A stretch of DNA of 64,000 bases from a virus: the IMG/VR virus record IMGVR_UViG_3300005913_000002; one strand, 5' to 3'. The translations under genes were made by a program, and so were the position numbers. Within the stretch, counting starts at the first letter, position 1; each line of letters starts with the position of its first letter. Under the pieces are notes generated by a model. That model had not been told where the DNA came from, searched no databases, and saw only the letters and a list, made by a program, of their open reading frames with translations. Positions 20,296 through 30,953 of this stretch are shown piece after piece.

Positions 20296-21722
20296 AAAAC
20301 TAATCGCCATTCTCCAGGATAATACATACCATCTACACTCTTAGACCACTGCTCACCGTCCCATTTGTATTGTATTCCTGTATATGAATTAGTTATGTAT
20401 ATAACTTCTGTTGCAGCGGTTGAATTGAAAATCACATTCCATTGTACACCGTCCCACTGAATTATGTCATTAGCAGTTGCACTGAGTCTACTTTCGTTGG
20501 CATTTTGCCAAGCAGTCGGACCGTCATCTGATGTAGAATCGATATCTTCTAATATCAGATAACGTGTGTCAATTGTAGGATCACCTGGATTATAAGTTAA
20601 TGGATTAATGACAGCATTAATCGTACCTCTACTGTAAGACTGCGTTAAATCGTATATGTCAGTATTTAATAAAGTTTCATTGTCAAATTGAATACTTAAC
20701 AAATCCATTTCAGTTTCACCTAACGGATTAGTACTCAAGTATCCTACAACTACTCCTCCTTCAGGTTTCGTTAGTTCCAATCTACTTAGCCCTGATCTAA
20801 ACTTACCAGGGTAAACATCTAATAATGTTTGCCAGTTTATTTCAGTACCGCCTCTTACTGGTATGATTTCTAAATCATTTCTAATTAAATTTTCACCAGG
20901 AGCCATTAACTTTGCATTATTGTTGTTCAATAGTAAAGAAAAATTTCCAGGAGTAACTACTACTGATCCAACGGGTTGACTAAATGCCAATTGACCATTT
21001 TCTGCAAGACTTCCTGGTTCTTCTGAAAATATATTAGCAATAATTTTTGTAATAATTCCTAATTTTTTAACTTTAGCAGGAGTTGTCAACCATATGGGTG
21101 TTTCAAAAGTCAACTGACAAATGTCAATATCATTGTCTGTACCTTGAGGAACTTGTCTGCTGGTCCAATTAGTACTCATTAATTCCACATAACTTAAACT
21201 TGTCCAATCTATAAAATTACTTGTAGTTTGAAGTTCTAGTGCAGGCCTAAACAATACCAGCAATTGTTCTAAAATTTGCAATTTTTGTTCAGTGTTAGTT
21301 GACCATATGTCTGCAGTAAACGTAAGTTTATAAGGCATTGGCATCAGTCGTTCTACAGTGTAATTTTCACCTTGCACATTAGCGTAATCTTCTATAGTTT
21401 GACCGTAAGTAGGACTTTCTGGATTTTCATCTACATAGCCATATTGTCTTTCTCGAATATTCATTTTGCCAACATACGTAGGATCTTGTAGCATTGCACG
21501 ATTAAAATCAAGTCCTTTAATGTAGCAAGCGATAAACGGTGCAGAAGCCAAAACGTTTTCACTGTTCTTCTTTAAAGTGCTAGCAACTTGCCTAGTCATG
21601 TCACCGTAACGAACTGGAATCTGTACAAGGTTACCTCTGCTATCTTTGTAACTAAAGTTACTAAGCAATCGTATAAATTGTGTTAAGTAGCGGCGTATTT
21701 GCCCGTCATAAAAATGTTCCAT
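20292..21722 (-). CDS. gp15: tail sheath stabiliser/terminator, T4 gp15-like, with C-terminal extension
   Basis: HFYD.QIRRY..QF..IPVRYG..PMPYKLTF..QILEQ....FRP. Confidence 0.75.
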   Translation of the reverse strand: MEHFYDGQIRRYLTQFIRLLSNFSYKDSRGNLVQIPVRYGDMTRQVASTLKKNSENVLASAPFIACYIKGLDFNRAMLQDPTYVGKMNIRERQYGYVDENPESPTYGQTIEDYANVQGENYTVERLMPMPYKLTFTADIWSTNTEQKLQILEQLLVLFRPALELQTTSNFIDWTSLSYVELMSTNWTSRQVPQGTDNDIDICQLTFETPIWLTTPAKVKKLGIITKIIANIFSEEPGSLAENGQLAFSQPVGSVVVTPGNFSLLLNNNNAKLMAPGENLIRNDLEIIPVRGGTEINWQTLLDVYPGKFRSGLSRLELTKPEGGVVVGYLSTNPLGETEMDLLSIQFDNETLLNTDIYDLTQSYSRGTINAVINPLTYNPGDPTIDTRYLILEDIDSTSDDGPTAWQNANESRLSATANDIIQWDGVQWNVIFNSTAATEVIYITNSYTGIQYKWDGEQWSKSVDGMYYPGEWRLVL

Positions 21723-22927
21723 TAATTATCCGCCTGTGGTCTTTGTTTCTTTAACGCCTTACTTAGGCTTTGTCTTTCTTCAACAACTGAACCTGCAATA
21801 GTTGCAGTATTACTATTGTTTATAAAACTGCCTACTTGAGTTTGCTTTGTATCAGCAGCAGGAGCAAGTGCTCCGTCTGCAGGCTCGTTAGTCATATTCA
21901 TTCTCACATTACTTTCTACATACACCCAACTTTGACCGCTAAATCTAAATAATCTATTAGGCAAATAATCAGTTCTTAGATGAAATGCACCTCTTGCAGG
22001 ACCATACGGAAATTCAATGCCAAAAGTATAAGGTGCTCCGTTTGGAGGCTTTCCGTCTCCTTGCAAATAACTGATATAAACATCTTTATCAGGATTTACA
22101 AATACTGAACTAGCATCTATTTCGTGTGTATCTTGGCTTGCATCCGCATCTAAACTTGTAACATCAGCAACATCTAAAGTTTGTCCGTCATCTTTTAACG
22201 GAAGAATGTAATATTGATCAGTGTCATAACCACTTAATCCTGCATCTTCTTCTGCTTGTGCAATGATTTGATTGTTAATTTCTATATTCTTACGATACTG
22301 AGACATGACATCTCGCAAAGTATTTTCTCCGTCACCTGCATCTTGATCCAATATTTGTTTAAATTCTTGACTATCAACTAAAGGTTCACATTTAGCACGT
22401 AATAAATGCGGGTACCATGTTTGACTATATCCGCTAGCAGGTCTTGTAACATCAGTTACTACATAAAATCTTTTCAATGCAACCATGTCATCACTTAATG
22501 CATACTCGTCTTTTAAGTGAGGTAATTCTAATACATCGCCTGACATTAATTTACGACCCATTAACTCTACACATCCACGTAGATGGAAAGTGATCATAAT
22601 GTTGTCATTACTTAAGAAGAATCCAAATTGACTTAGGTTAAAATCTATGTCTTGCATGGTATAAATTCCACGGAAAACATACACATCTTTTTCGTATTTT
22701 CTATCCCTGTTTTCCATAAACAACACATCTTGTATTCCTAATTCAGGAATAGGATTGCCATTTACAGGGGTTGTAGGAGTTGATTCACCGTCTAGCGGAT
22801 CTTCAGTTCCTATATATTTGTGTACAACAATGTCAGTTCCGCCTACTTGAAATTGCTCGTTAATAACACGATCAAGCATACGAAAGTCATTGCCTTTTTC
22901 TGGGCGGTAAAGAGATAGTCTTGGCAT
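21722..22927 (-). CDS. gp14: neck protein, T4 gp14-like
   Basis: Position between gp13 and gp15; LSQFGFFL..ITFH..GDVLELP pattern. Confidence 0.6.
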   Translation of the reverse strand: MPRLSLYRPEKGNDFRMLDRVINEQFQVGGTDIVVHKYIGTEDPLDGESTPTTPVNGNPIPELGIQDVLFMENRDRKYEKDVYVFRGIYTMQDIDFNLSQFGFFLSNDNIMITFHLRGCVELMGRKLMSGDVLELPHLKDEYALSDDMVALKRFYVVTDVTRPASGYSQTWYPHLLRAKCEPLVDSQEFKQILDQDAGDGENTLRDVMSQYRKNIEINNQIIAQAEEDAGLSGYDTDQYYILPLKDDGQTLDVADVTSLDADASQDTHEIDASSVFVNPDKDVYISYLQGDGKPPNGAPYTFGIEFPYGPARGAFHLRTDYLPNRLFRFSGQSWVYVESNVRMNMTNEPADGALAPAADTKQTQVGSFINNSNTATIAGSVVEERQSLSKALKKQRPQADN

Positions 22928-22934
22928 AGTCTTG

Positions 22935-22950
22935 TATTTATAGGTAAATA
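22935..22950. promoter_or_regulatory. back-to-back late promoters
   Basis: TATTTATA (minus TATAAATA) at 22935 and TAAATA at 22945 in a 28-bp divergent gap. Confidence 0.75.
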
Positions 22951-22955
22951 ACTAC

Positions 22956-23714
22956 ATGAGCGAACTAGAAACTGAAAAACAAAGTGTCGTAGATTATATC
23001 CGTACTATGCTAGGTGACGGTATGATTGATGTTGAACTCGATCCTGTACATTACAATACAGCAATAGATCGATCCCTGCGTTATTATAGAGCACGAAGTC
23101 AAAACTCTGTTGAAGAAAGTTTTGGATTTTTAACTTTGCAAACAGACGTTAACGACTACACTCTTTCAGACGAAGTGATGCAAGTTCGGCAAGTTTTTAG
23201 ACGCAGTATTGGATCTAGAACAGGAGGAGGCGATGGCGGAAGTTTGTTCGAACCGTTTAATCTTGCCTACAGTAATACTTATTTGTTGTCAAGCAGCAAT
23301 ATGGGCGGTTTAGCAACTTACTATGCTTTTGCCAGTTATCAAAAGCAAGTTGGTAAAATGTTTGGCTCCCATATTAACTTTGAATGGAATCCTACTACAA
23401 AGCATTTACATATTAGCCAGCGTCCACGTGGAGAAGAAGTAGTGTTGTTATGGATGTACAATTACAAACCGGATTTTTCTCTATTTAAAGACACATGGTC
23501 AGGTATATGGATACGTGATTATGCATTAGCAAACTGCAAAATTATGCTAGGCGAAGCACGTGAAAAGTTTAGTCAAATTGCTAGTCCTCAAGGAGGAACT
23601 AGTCTAAACGGTTCTGCACTTAAATCAGAAGGCAAAGCAGAACTAGAACGGCTAGAAATGGACTTAATCAACAACAAAGATAACCAACAACCATTGACAT
23701 TTGTCATAGGATAA
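22956..23714 (+). CDS. gp13: neck protein, T4 gp13-like
   Basis: YIRTMLG..IDVEL..WIRDYALA..K..G..KF....P.GG..LNG..EG..E...LE. Confidence 0.8.
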   Translation: MSELETEKQSVVDYIRTMLGDGMIDVELDPVHYNTAIDRSLRYYRARSQNSVEESFGFLTLQTDVNDYTLSDEVMQVRQVFRRSIGSRTGGGDGGSLFEPFNLAYSNTYLLSSSNMGGLATYYAFASYQKQVGKMFGSHINFEWNPTTKHLHISQRPRGEEVVLLWMYNYKPDFSLFKDTWSGIWIRDYALANCKIMLGEAREKFSQIASPQGGTSLNGSALKSEGKAELERLEMDLINNKDNQQPLTFVIG

Positions 23715-23743
23715 TATAAATTATAGTATTACGAGGTAATACT

Positions 23744-24397
23744 ATGATCATTGGAGTGTGTGGGTTTATTGGTTCTGGTAAAGATACTGTAGCAGATTAT
23801 CTTACTAATATACATGAATTTCGAAGAGAATCGTTTGCAAATTCTCTCAAAGATGCAGTAGCATCAGTATTTGGATGGGACCGAACTATGCTAGAAGGCC
23901 GCACTAAACATGCTCGTCAGTGGCGAGAACAAGTAGACCCGTGGTGGGCAGAACGACTAGCAATGCCTCATCTAACACCACGCTGGATCTTACAATACTG
24001 GGGTACAGAAGTTTGTCGTAAAAGTTTCCACGATGATATATGGATCGCCAGCCTCGAAAATAAACTACGTAATAGCAAAGATGATATTGTTATTAGTGAT
24101 TGCCGTTTTCCGAACGAAATTAAAAGTATTCGAAATTCAGGTGGTATTGTAGTTCGTGTAAAGCGTGGAGATGATCCCGAATGGTATCGAGATGCAGCAG
24201 ATATGAATGCCGGAGATCAATGCATGAATTGGGCATTAGCAACTAGTCGAATAAAAAAGTTAAGTATTCATGCTAGCGAAACTGCATGGGTAGGAACTAA
24301 GTTTGATGCCGTATTGGATAATAACGGAACAATTGACGATTTGTATGAACAAGTTAAAAATCTGGTGTTAGATCCCCCCGGCGCCACGTCTGCTTGA
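23744..24397 (+). CDS. deoxynucleoside monophosphate kinase, T4 gp1-like
   Basis: IIGVCGFIGSGKDT, FA.SLKD, TPRWILQYWGTE, SDCRFPNE, HASE. Confidence 0.9.
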   Translation: MIIGVCGFIGSGKDTVADYLTNIHEFRRESFANSLKDAVASVFGWDRTMLEGRTKHARQWREQVDPWWAERLAMPHLTPRWILQYWGTEVCRKSFHDDIWIASLENKLRNSKDDIVISDCRFPNEIKSIRNSGGIVVRVKRGDDPEWYRDAADMNAGDQCMNWALATSRIKKLSIHASETAWVGTKFDAVLDNNGTIDDLYEQVKNLVLDPPGATSA

Positions 24398-24686
24398 GTT
24401 TATGCAATAGTCTCTGACAGTTAGCACAAACTGTTTTTAGATTTTCGTATTTGCAATTGTTAATATCTCCGTCTACATAATGTACATCAAACTGGCAGTC
24501 ATCGCCTTTGAAGCCGCATCTATCACAAGCGGCTTTCTTTTTATAACCTGATTTCCTCCAAGCAGGTTTAGATTTTTCAAAACCTTTAGCACAATGATCA
24601 CATATTGATCTATAATATGTACGGTCATCTTTCTTATAATTGACAGCAACAGGTCTACTATGACATTTTTTACATAAATCTCTCAT
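24354..24686 (-). CDS. small Zn-binding HNH-like protein
   Basis: CxxC pairs, CDRCGF..DVHYVDGDINNC..NL.TVCANC. Confidence 0.7.
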   Translation of the reverse strand: MRDLCKKCHSRPVAVNYKKDDRTYYRSICDHCAKGFEKSKPAWRKSGYKKKAACDRCGFKGDDCQFDVHYVDGDINNCKYENLKTVCANCQRLLHKLKQTWRRGDLTPDF

Positions 24687-24716
24687 ACTCCACCCTTTTA
24701 GATCCCTTTTGACTAG

Positions 24717-24754
24717 TATTTAACCCGGTGTTTTTTAAACATTGGCACTAAATA
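24717..24754. promoter_or_regulatory. divergent late promoters
   Basis: TATTTA at 24717 (minus) and TAAATA at 24749 (plus). Confidence 0.6.
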
Positions 24755-24791
24755 TATAGAGCAAAAACACTATTATGTGGGAGACAAAAAA

Positions 24792-27700
24792 ATGGCTTTA
24801 AATTCACCAGGCGTAGAAGTATCAGTAATTGACGAAAGTTTTTACTTACCAGCGGCTCCGTCCACTGTACCTATGATCTTTGTTGCATCGGCAGCAAACA
24901 AACAAAATGCAAGCGGCACAGGCTTAGCGGTCGGAACTGATCCTGCTAATGCCGGTAAAGTATATTTAATTACTAGCCAACGAGATTTATCCGATACGTT
25001 CGGTACACCGTTGTTCTATACAGACAGCAGTGGTAATCCTGTTCACGGCGGGGAACTAAACGAATATGGTCTACAAGCAGCCTATTCTGTATTAGGCGTA
25101 AGCAGTCGTGCATACGTTACTCGTGCTGACTTAGACTTATCACAATTAACACCGCAAGCAAGCGCACCTACAGGGTCTCCAGTAGATGGAACATACTGGG
25201 TAGATACTTCGAACACTAGATTTGGTGTGTTCGAGTGGAATGGAACTAGTGCAGCATTTACTAACAAAATGCCTCTAGTTATTGACAACGATAACGCTGC
25301 TACTGCAACAGTAAGCGGAGCAGGAGTTACTCCTAAAGCAAGTTTTGGTTCTAACGGACAATATGCTATTGTTGTAACAAGTGATAACACAAATACTTTA
25401 TGGTACAAAAATTCTAGCGGAAATTGGGTTGCAGTAGGTACTGACTTTGAAACAAATTTTAACAATACAGATACATTTGCAAGTTCTAGTTGGAAAACCA
25501 GTTTTCCAACGACAACTGGTACAGTATCGAGCCCGGACTTAACAGGTTACAACGGTAACACTTTGCTTATTAATGGCGAAGTTGTTACATTAAGCGGTAC
25601 TACTATTAGTGCATTAGCATCCAGCATTAACGCAACAATGCGTACAAAAGGTGTTGGAGCACGTATCAATGCAGGTGGCTTTATTGAATTATATTCTGAT
25701 GCAAGAGCAAGAAGCAACGGTACTGTATTAGATGGAAAAATTACTATTGCAGAAGGTACTGGATTAGTTGATATGATAACTGATGCGGGCTTAGCAGAAG
25801 GAACATTTAACAGTCCCACACTATTCCAAGGTCCCCATACTAAGTATCCTGATTTTAGCAATTTCCCTACAGGATCTGTATATGTAAAAACTACAACACC
25901 TAATACTGGTGCAGATTGGTATGTTAAAACATACGATAACGGTAGTTCTGCATTTACTTTAATGAGTGCTCCTATATACACTGATCCCCAAACTGCTATT
26001 AATAACATTAATGCAACTGGTGATATTACAGTAGGTTCTGTATTTGTACAACAAAACTACCAAGGTGGCGTTGGAACAGCATCTACTTCAACTGTAACTC
26101 CTCAATTAGCATCATATAAAATATGGCGTAGAAATGCAACAGGTGCTACTAAAATATCTTCTGTCGCTACAACTGACACAGTTACAACAGCATCAAGTTT
26201 TGTAATTGCAGAAGGCTTAGCAACTTCTACAAATGGTGTTGCAGATTACAGTTCTGCCTACACAGTTAGTTTAACAGCAGGCGACAGTGTTGATGATGTT
26301 ATTAGTGCAATTAATGCATTAAATATGACATATGTTACTGCATCTGCTGCAAGTTATGATTCAAGCGGTAACGCAACTAGCCTAACAATTCAACATAGTT
26401 TAGGCGGACAGATGATCTTAACTAACGGACTTGGTTCCCCATTAACAGCATTCTTAGGAATGAGCGCATGGGCAAGAAGCGAAGCAGGCGTAGAAAGCGG
26501 TACACGTAATTTATATGCTAAACCAGTTTATTCATCATCAGCATACTCTTTCTTTGCAAGTAACTGGAAGCCTTTAGTTTACGAATCTAAAGCAAGCACT
26601 CCATTTACTGATCCGGTTGACGGACAGTTATGGTATAGCAGTGTTGTTGATGAAGTAGATGTTATGGCCCACAACGGCAGCACATGGGTAGGCTACCTAA
26701 ATGCATATCCTTTAACAGATCCAGCAGGTCCTCAGGTTGCAGCACTTGCTCCAACTACTCAAAGTAATGGCGATCCTTTAGTTGACAACGATATTTGGAT
26801 TAGCACATCAGAAATTGATATGTACGGTCTAGACGTATATGTTCGTTCAGGCGGCAAGTGGGTATTACAAGATACGGCAGATCAAACAACTCCAGATGGA
26901 TGGTTGTTTGCAGATGCACGTTGGAGCACAGCAGGAGCTACCGCAGATGCAGGCGACATTGTTGAAATGTTAAGTAGCGATTATCTGGATCCTGATGCAC
27001 CTGATCCATCACTATATCCAACAGGTATGAAGTTATGGAACTTACGTCGCAGCGGATTTAACGTTAAAAAGTTTGTTGCTAATCACATTAACATTAATGC
27101 AACTGACGGTAAGAATTCACGTTACAATGACGAACAGATGGACGGTGGTAGTTCTACTACTCCTTATGTTGCAGATCGTTGGATTACTGTAAGTCCTAAC
27201 CGGGAAGACGGAGCAGGAAGTTTTGGCCGTCACGCACAGCGTGGTTTTGTTGTATCAGGTCTAAAAGTCCTAATTGACACAAGCCAAAGCATCCGTGATA
27301 CAGATACAGTTGTGTTTAACTTGATTGCAGCACCTGGCTATCCAGAAGCAATTCAAAACATGATTGCATTTAACGTTGACCGTGGTCAGACAGCGTTTAT
27401 TATTGGCGATACACCATTCCGCTTAGAACCAAACGGTACATCATTAAGTAATTGGGGTAATAACACTGCATTGGCATTTGACAACAACGAAGATGGCGCA
27501 GTAAGTTACGACGAATACATGGCTATGTTCTATCCAAGTGGTTATGCAAACGACAACTTAGGCAACTACATTGTTGTTCCTCCAAGCCACATGATGTTAC
27601 GTACTATTGCTATTAGCGATCAGAAGAGTTTCCAATGGTTTGCACCAGCAGGTACACGACGTGGCGGAATTGATAATGCAACAGCAGTAGGCTATATTGA

Positions 27701-28172
27701 CGGAACAACAGGCGAGTTTAAGACAACTTCATTACCACAGAGTTTACGTGATGTAATGGCCAGTGTTAAAGTTAACCCGATTGCAACTATTCCAGGCGCA
27801 GGTCTAGTTAACTTTGGTCAATACACTCGTGCTAGAAATGCAAGTGCATTAGATAGAATTAATGTTGTGCGTTTAGTAGCATATTTACGTAGACAGTTAA
27901 GCCTATTAGTTAAGCCGTTCTTGTTTGAACCTAACGATAGAATTACTCGTAACGAGATTAAACAAGCAACAGAAAGTTTCCTATTAGAATTAGTAGGACA
28001 AAGAGCGTTATACGACTTCTTGGTAGTATGTGACGAAAGTAACAACACACCTACAAGAGTTGACCGTTCTGAACTATGGTTAGACATTGCTATTGAACCA
28101 GTTAAGGCAGTGGAATTTATTTACATTCCATTGCGCATTAAAAATACTGGCGACATTGCAGCCGGACTATAA
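24792..28172 (+). CDS. gp18: tail sheath protein, T4 gp18-like, with large insertion (1126 aa)
   Basis: MALNSPGVEVSVIDES; WFAPAG..RG; RINVVRL..FEPND; VCDESNNTP..IEPVKAVEFIYI; GGGAG RBS. Confidence 0.95.
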   Translation: MALNSPGVEVSVIDESFYLPAAPSTVPMIFVASAANKQNASGTGLAVGTDPANAGKVYLITSQRDLSDTFGTPLFYTDSSGNPVHGGELNEYGLQAAYSVLGVSSRAYVTRADLDLSQLTPQASAPTGSPVDGTYWVDTSNTRFGVFEWNGTSAAFTNKMPLVIDNDNAATATVSGAGVTPKASFGSNGQYAIVVTSDNTNTLWYKNSSGNWVAVGTDFETNFNNTDTFASSSWKTSFPTTTGTVSSPDLTGYNGNTLLINGEVVTLSGTTISALASSINATMRTKGVGARINAGGFIELYSDARARSNGTVLDGKITIAEGTGLVDMITDAGLAEGTFNSPTLFQGPHTKYPDFSNFPTGSVYVKTTTPNTGADWYVKTYDNGSSAFTLMSAPIYTDPQTAINNINATGDITVGSVFVQQNYQGGVGTASTSTVTPQLASYKIWRRNATGATKISSVATTDTVTTASSFVIAEGLATSTNGVADYSSAYTVSLTAGDSVDDVISAINALNMTYVTASAASYDSSGNATSLTIQHSLGGQMILTNGLGSPLTAFLGMSAWARSEAGVESGTRNLYAKPVYSSSAYSFFASNWKPLVYESKASTPFTDPVDGQLWYSSVVDEVDVMAHNGSTWVGYLNAYPLTDPAGPQVAALAPTTQSNGDPLVDNDIWISTSEIDMYGLDVYVRSGGKWVLQDTADQTTPDGWLFADARWSTAGATADAGDIVEMLSSDYLDPDAPDPSLYPTGMKLWNLRRSGFNVKKFVANHININATDGKNSRYNDEQMDGGSSTTPYVADRWITVSPNREDGAGSFGRHAQRGFVVSGLKVLIDTSQSIRDTDTVVFNLIAAPGYPEAIQNMIAFNVDRGQTAFIIGDTPFRLEPNGTSLSNWGNNTALAFDNNEDGAVSYDEYMAMFYPSGYANDNLGNYIVVPPSHMMLRTIAISDQKSFQWFAPAGTRRGGIDNATAVGYIDGTTGEFKTTSLPQSLRDVMASVKVNPIATIPGAGLVNFGQYTRARNASALDRINVVRLVAYLRRQLSLLVKPFLFEPNDRITRNEIKQATESFLLELVGQRALYDFLVVCDESNNTPTRVDRSELWLDIAIEPVKAVEFIYIPLRIKNTGDIAAGL

Positions 28173-28203
28173 TTGGTAAATATAAGGAACAAGGAGCAAT
28201 AAT

Positions 28204-28851
28204 ATGGCAATTGGAAGTTTAAGCAGAATGGGAGTACCGTTACCTGGCGGTGGTCAAAGTAGCACAAGTCAGGGTTTACTAATGCCTAAACTGAAGTATC
28301 GCTTCAGAGTTACATTAGAGAACTTTGGTGTAACTAAACCTACAACTGAATTAACAAAGCAGGTGGTAACAGCGGCTCGCCCGTCGGTGCAGTTTGAGAA
28401 CCAAATAATCCATGTGTACAACAGTCAAATTAAATACGCTGGCAAGCACACATGGCAACCAATGAATATCACTGTGCGTGATGATGTTGGCGGTAATGTG
28501 ACTAAACTTGTTGGTGAACAACTACAGAAACAGTTTGATTTCTACGAGCAAGCAAGTGCTGCTTCTGGATCTGACTACAAGTTCTTATCACGTATTGAAA
28601 TGTTAGACGGCGGTAACGGTGATGGCGGATGGGCACCCAATGTTTTAGAAACATGGGAATGCTACGGATGTTATTTACAAAACGTTAATTACAACGAATT
28701 AGCATATGCAGAAAGCGCACCAATGGAAATTGCATTAACTATCGAATTTGATAACGCAATTCAAGTTGGCGCAAGCGGAGCACCACTGGGCGTAGGAGCC
28801 ACAATAGGAAGAACTATTTCTTCTCTAGCAACAGGCGCCGGCACTGTTTAA
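28204..28851 (+). CDS. gp19: tail tube protein, T4 gp19-like
   Basis: Follows sheath; PKLKYRFRV..AGKHTWQP..ITVRDD; AAGGAG RBS; TAAATA at 28177. Confidence 0.85.
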   Translation: MAIGSLSRMGVPLPGGGQSSTSQGLLMPKLKYRFRVTLENFGVTKPTTELTKQVVTAARPSVQFENQIIHVYNSQIKYAGKHTWQPMNITVRDDVGGNVTKLVGEQLQKQFDFYEQASAASGSDYKFLSRIEMLDGGNGDGGWAPNVLETWECYGCYLQNVNYNELAYAESAPMEIALTIEFDNAIQVGASGAPLGVGATIGRTISSLATGAGTV

Positions 28852-28865
28852 TAACTAACGCTAAT

Positions 28866-28893
28866 AAAAAGCACCCCTTAGGGGTGCTTTTTT
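28866..28893 (+). terminator. rho-independent terminator (possibly bidirectional)
   Basis: AAAAAGCACCCC-TTA-GGGGTGCTTTTT. Confidence 0.88.
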
Positions 28894-28909
28894 ACGGCTA
28901 AATAATAAT

Positions 28910-30589
28910 ATGGCTAATGCATTTACTAATTTTTTAGGGCAGGTGTTTGATTCACCGACACAATTAAAAGACTACGCACACGCTAGTCGATTGTACGTTG
29001 ACGACTTTTATCGCCTTGCTCCTAAACAAGGATTCATGTATTATGTTATTTTTAATATTGAATCAAACGGTAACCAAATAGTAACTGAATTCAAAGTTAA
29101 AAACGGGCAAGACGTTGGGTTGTTAGTAAAAAACATTGACCTTCCTAAATTTAAGATTAACACCGAAACTGTAAATCAATATAATCGTAAAACACAAATA
29201 CAAACAAAAATAGATTATCAGCCAGTGTCTATAGTATTTCATGACGATCATAATAATACAACTAATAGTCTATGGAAAGCATATTTTAACTATTATTTCA
29301 AAGACGGACAGAATGTTAATGGGTTAACTACTCCTCCTAGTTTCGGAGACACAAAATATAAAAAAAGCAATAACTCTATAGGTGAAACAACTTCTTATGG
29401 TTTAAATGCCGGCCAAACAAAACCGTTCTTTTCATCAATCGAAATTTATCAACTTAATAGAAAACAATTTACGGCATATAAATTAATTAATCCATTAATT
29501 AGCGATTGGCAACATGATAAAATGGATCAGACACAAAGTAAACTTTTGGAAAATAGAATGTCAGTAGTTTACGAAACAGTTATATACGCTACAGGGCAGG
29601 TCAAAATAGGTGATCCCGGAGGATTTGCAGAAATACACTATGATACAGTTCCAGGGCCGTTAAGTGTATTCGGTAGCGGAAATAACAGTCTATTTGGGCC
29701 TGGTGGGGTTATTCCGGGTATAGGGGAAGTGCTTGGCGGCGCCGGAGATGCAAGTCCTTTCGGACTTTTGAAAACAGCAAGAGGCGCAACAAACCTATTA
29801 GGCAATCTTAAGAATGTATCAAAATCTAGCATATTATCAGAAGGGTTAGGTATGTTAAATGATGTTGCTCGAACTGGAAAATTACCAGCAGCATTAGGCG
29901 GGTCAAGTCCTGCCGGAGTAGCACTCTCCTCATTGCCAGGAGAATCTCCAACTAAAGCAATTCCTAAAAACACTCAGGGAGGTAGTAATGTATCTAATGC
30001 AGGTCTTGCAAACAACGGACTAAGTCAATTCGGCGGCACATTAGGAAAAGTTGCCGGCGACATTAGTAACGGCATTAAGAGTATAGGCAACGGTATAGGC
30101 AATGTAATTAAAAAAATAATTCCAGCACAGAATAAGCCAGTTGTGGCTAGTGCGTTACCTACTGACTCAGTATCGTTGACTGCTATAAAATCTCAACAAC
30201 AGAGTATTGCAGTTGAAATCGAAAATCAAATTGCAGAAAATACAATTATTAAAAATCAAATAATGCCAAAAATTCAATCAGCAACATCTGAAGGCGACCA
30301 AGATACAGTTGATGAATTATACAGTCAACTTGACGCAGTAGGTTATACAGATCCTGCAAAATTGCAGCAAAATTTAGTTATAGTTAATCAAAATATCAGC
30401 ACGATTGACATTGCAATTGTTGATGCATCAGCAACAGAAAATCCTAATAATCAATTATCTGCAGAAAATGTAGATTTAGGAACTAGTCCTGACAATTATT
30501 ATAATGTAGGAGGCAATCCTGATTTAAATACAGAACCGAGTAGAGTATACAACAACGGCAAAGATACAACAACTTCATATTATGTATAA
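28910..30589 (+). CDS. tube-fold baseplate/tail tube initiator protein (gp54/gp48-like)
   Basis: N-half tube-like LVK.IDLPKF..NQYNRK..YQPVSIVFHDD; TAAATA at 28899. Confidence 0.55.
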   Translation: MANAFTNFLGQVFDSPTQLKDYAHASRLYVDDFYRLAPKQGFMYYVIFNIESNGNQIVTEFKVKNGQDVGLLVKNIDLPKFKINTETVNQYNRKTQIQTKIDYQPVSIVFHDDHNNTTNSLWKAYFNYYFKDGQNVNGLTTPPSFGDTKYKKSNNSIGETTSYGLNAGQTKPFFSSIEIYQLNRKQFTAYKLINPLISDWQHDKMDQTQSKLLENRMSVVYETVIYATGQVKIGDPGGFAEIHYDTVPGPLSVFGSGNNSLFGPGGVIPGIGEVLGGAGDASPFGLLKTARGATNLLGNLKNVSKSSILSEGLGMLNDVARTGKLPAALGGSSPAGVALSSLPGESPTKAIPKNTQGGSNVSNAGLANNGLSQFGGTLGKVAGDISNGIKSIGNGIGNVIKKIIPAQNKPVVASALPTDSVSLTAIKSQQQSIAVEIENQIAENTIIKNQIMPKIQSATSEGDQDTVDELYSQLDAVGYTDPAKLQQNLVIVNQNISTIDIAIVDASATENPNNQLSAENVDLGTSPDNYYNVGGNPDLNTEPSRVYNNGKDTTTSYYV

Positions 30590-30953
30590 TAATTTACCAG
30601 CACCTAACAAATCAGGGTCTTCTAGCGACGCTACACTAAAAAGTTTTCAATATTATAATGATGTTCCGATTGAATTAAATCAAAACACATTAACTGCTAT
30701 GATAGGATTTTTAGAATCTAGAAACTTTACTACAGAAAGTGCAGAAGTAATTGCACTCACTATAATGGTTCAAGCGACTCGTGAAAAATATAACCCTATG
30801 TCCTTGATCGAATCAATGAAAACATTAAACGAAACTGAACTAAGTACAATCGTAGCCGAAGTTTTAAATTTTAATAGATTTAAATCAAGTTTTTTAGGTT
30901 CAAAACAGGCAGTGGCACCTGTCGATAATGTTAGAAGAAATATTTTACCTTAA
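30582..30953 (+). CDS. hypothetical protein
   Basis: Coupled ORF in structural operon. Confidence 0.55.
   Translation: MYNNLPAPNKSGSSSDATLKSFQYYNDVPIELNQNTLTAMIGFLESRNFTTESAEVIALTIMVQATREKYNPMSLIESMKTLNETELSTIVAEVLNFNRFKSSFLGSKQAVAPVDNVRRNILP

Noticed and set aside
24354-24686. HNH gene as a mobile homing endonuclease
   Set aside because: Short, catalytic His positions look degenerate, has its own late-promoter motif; no intron context
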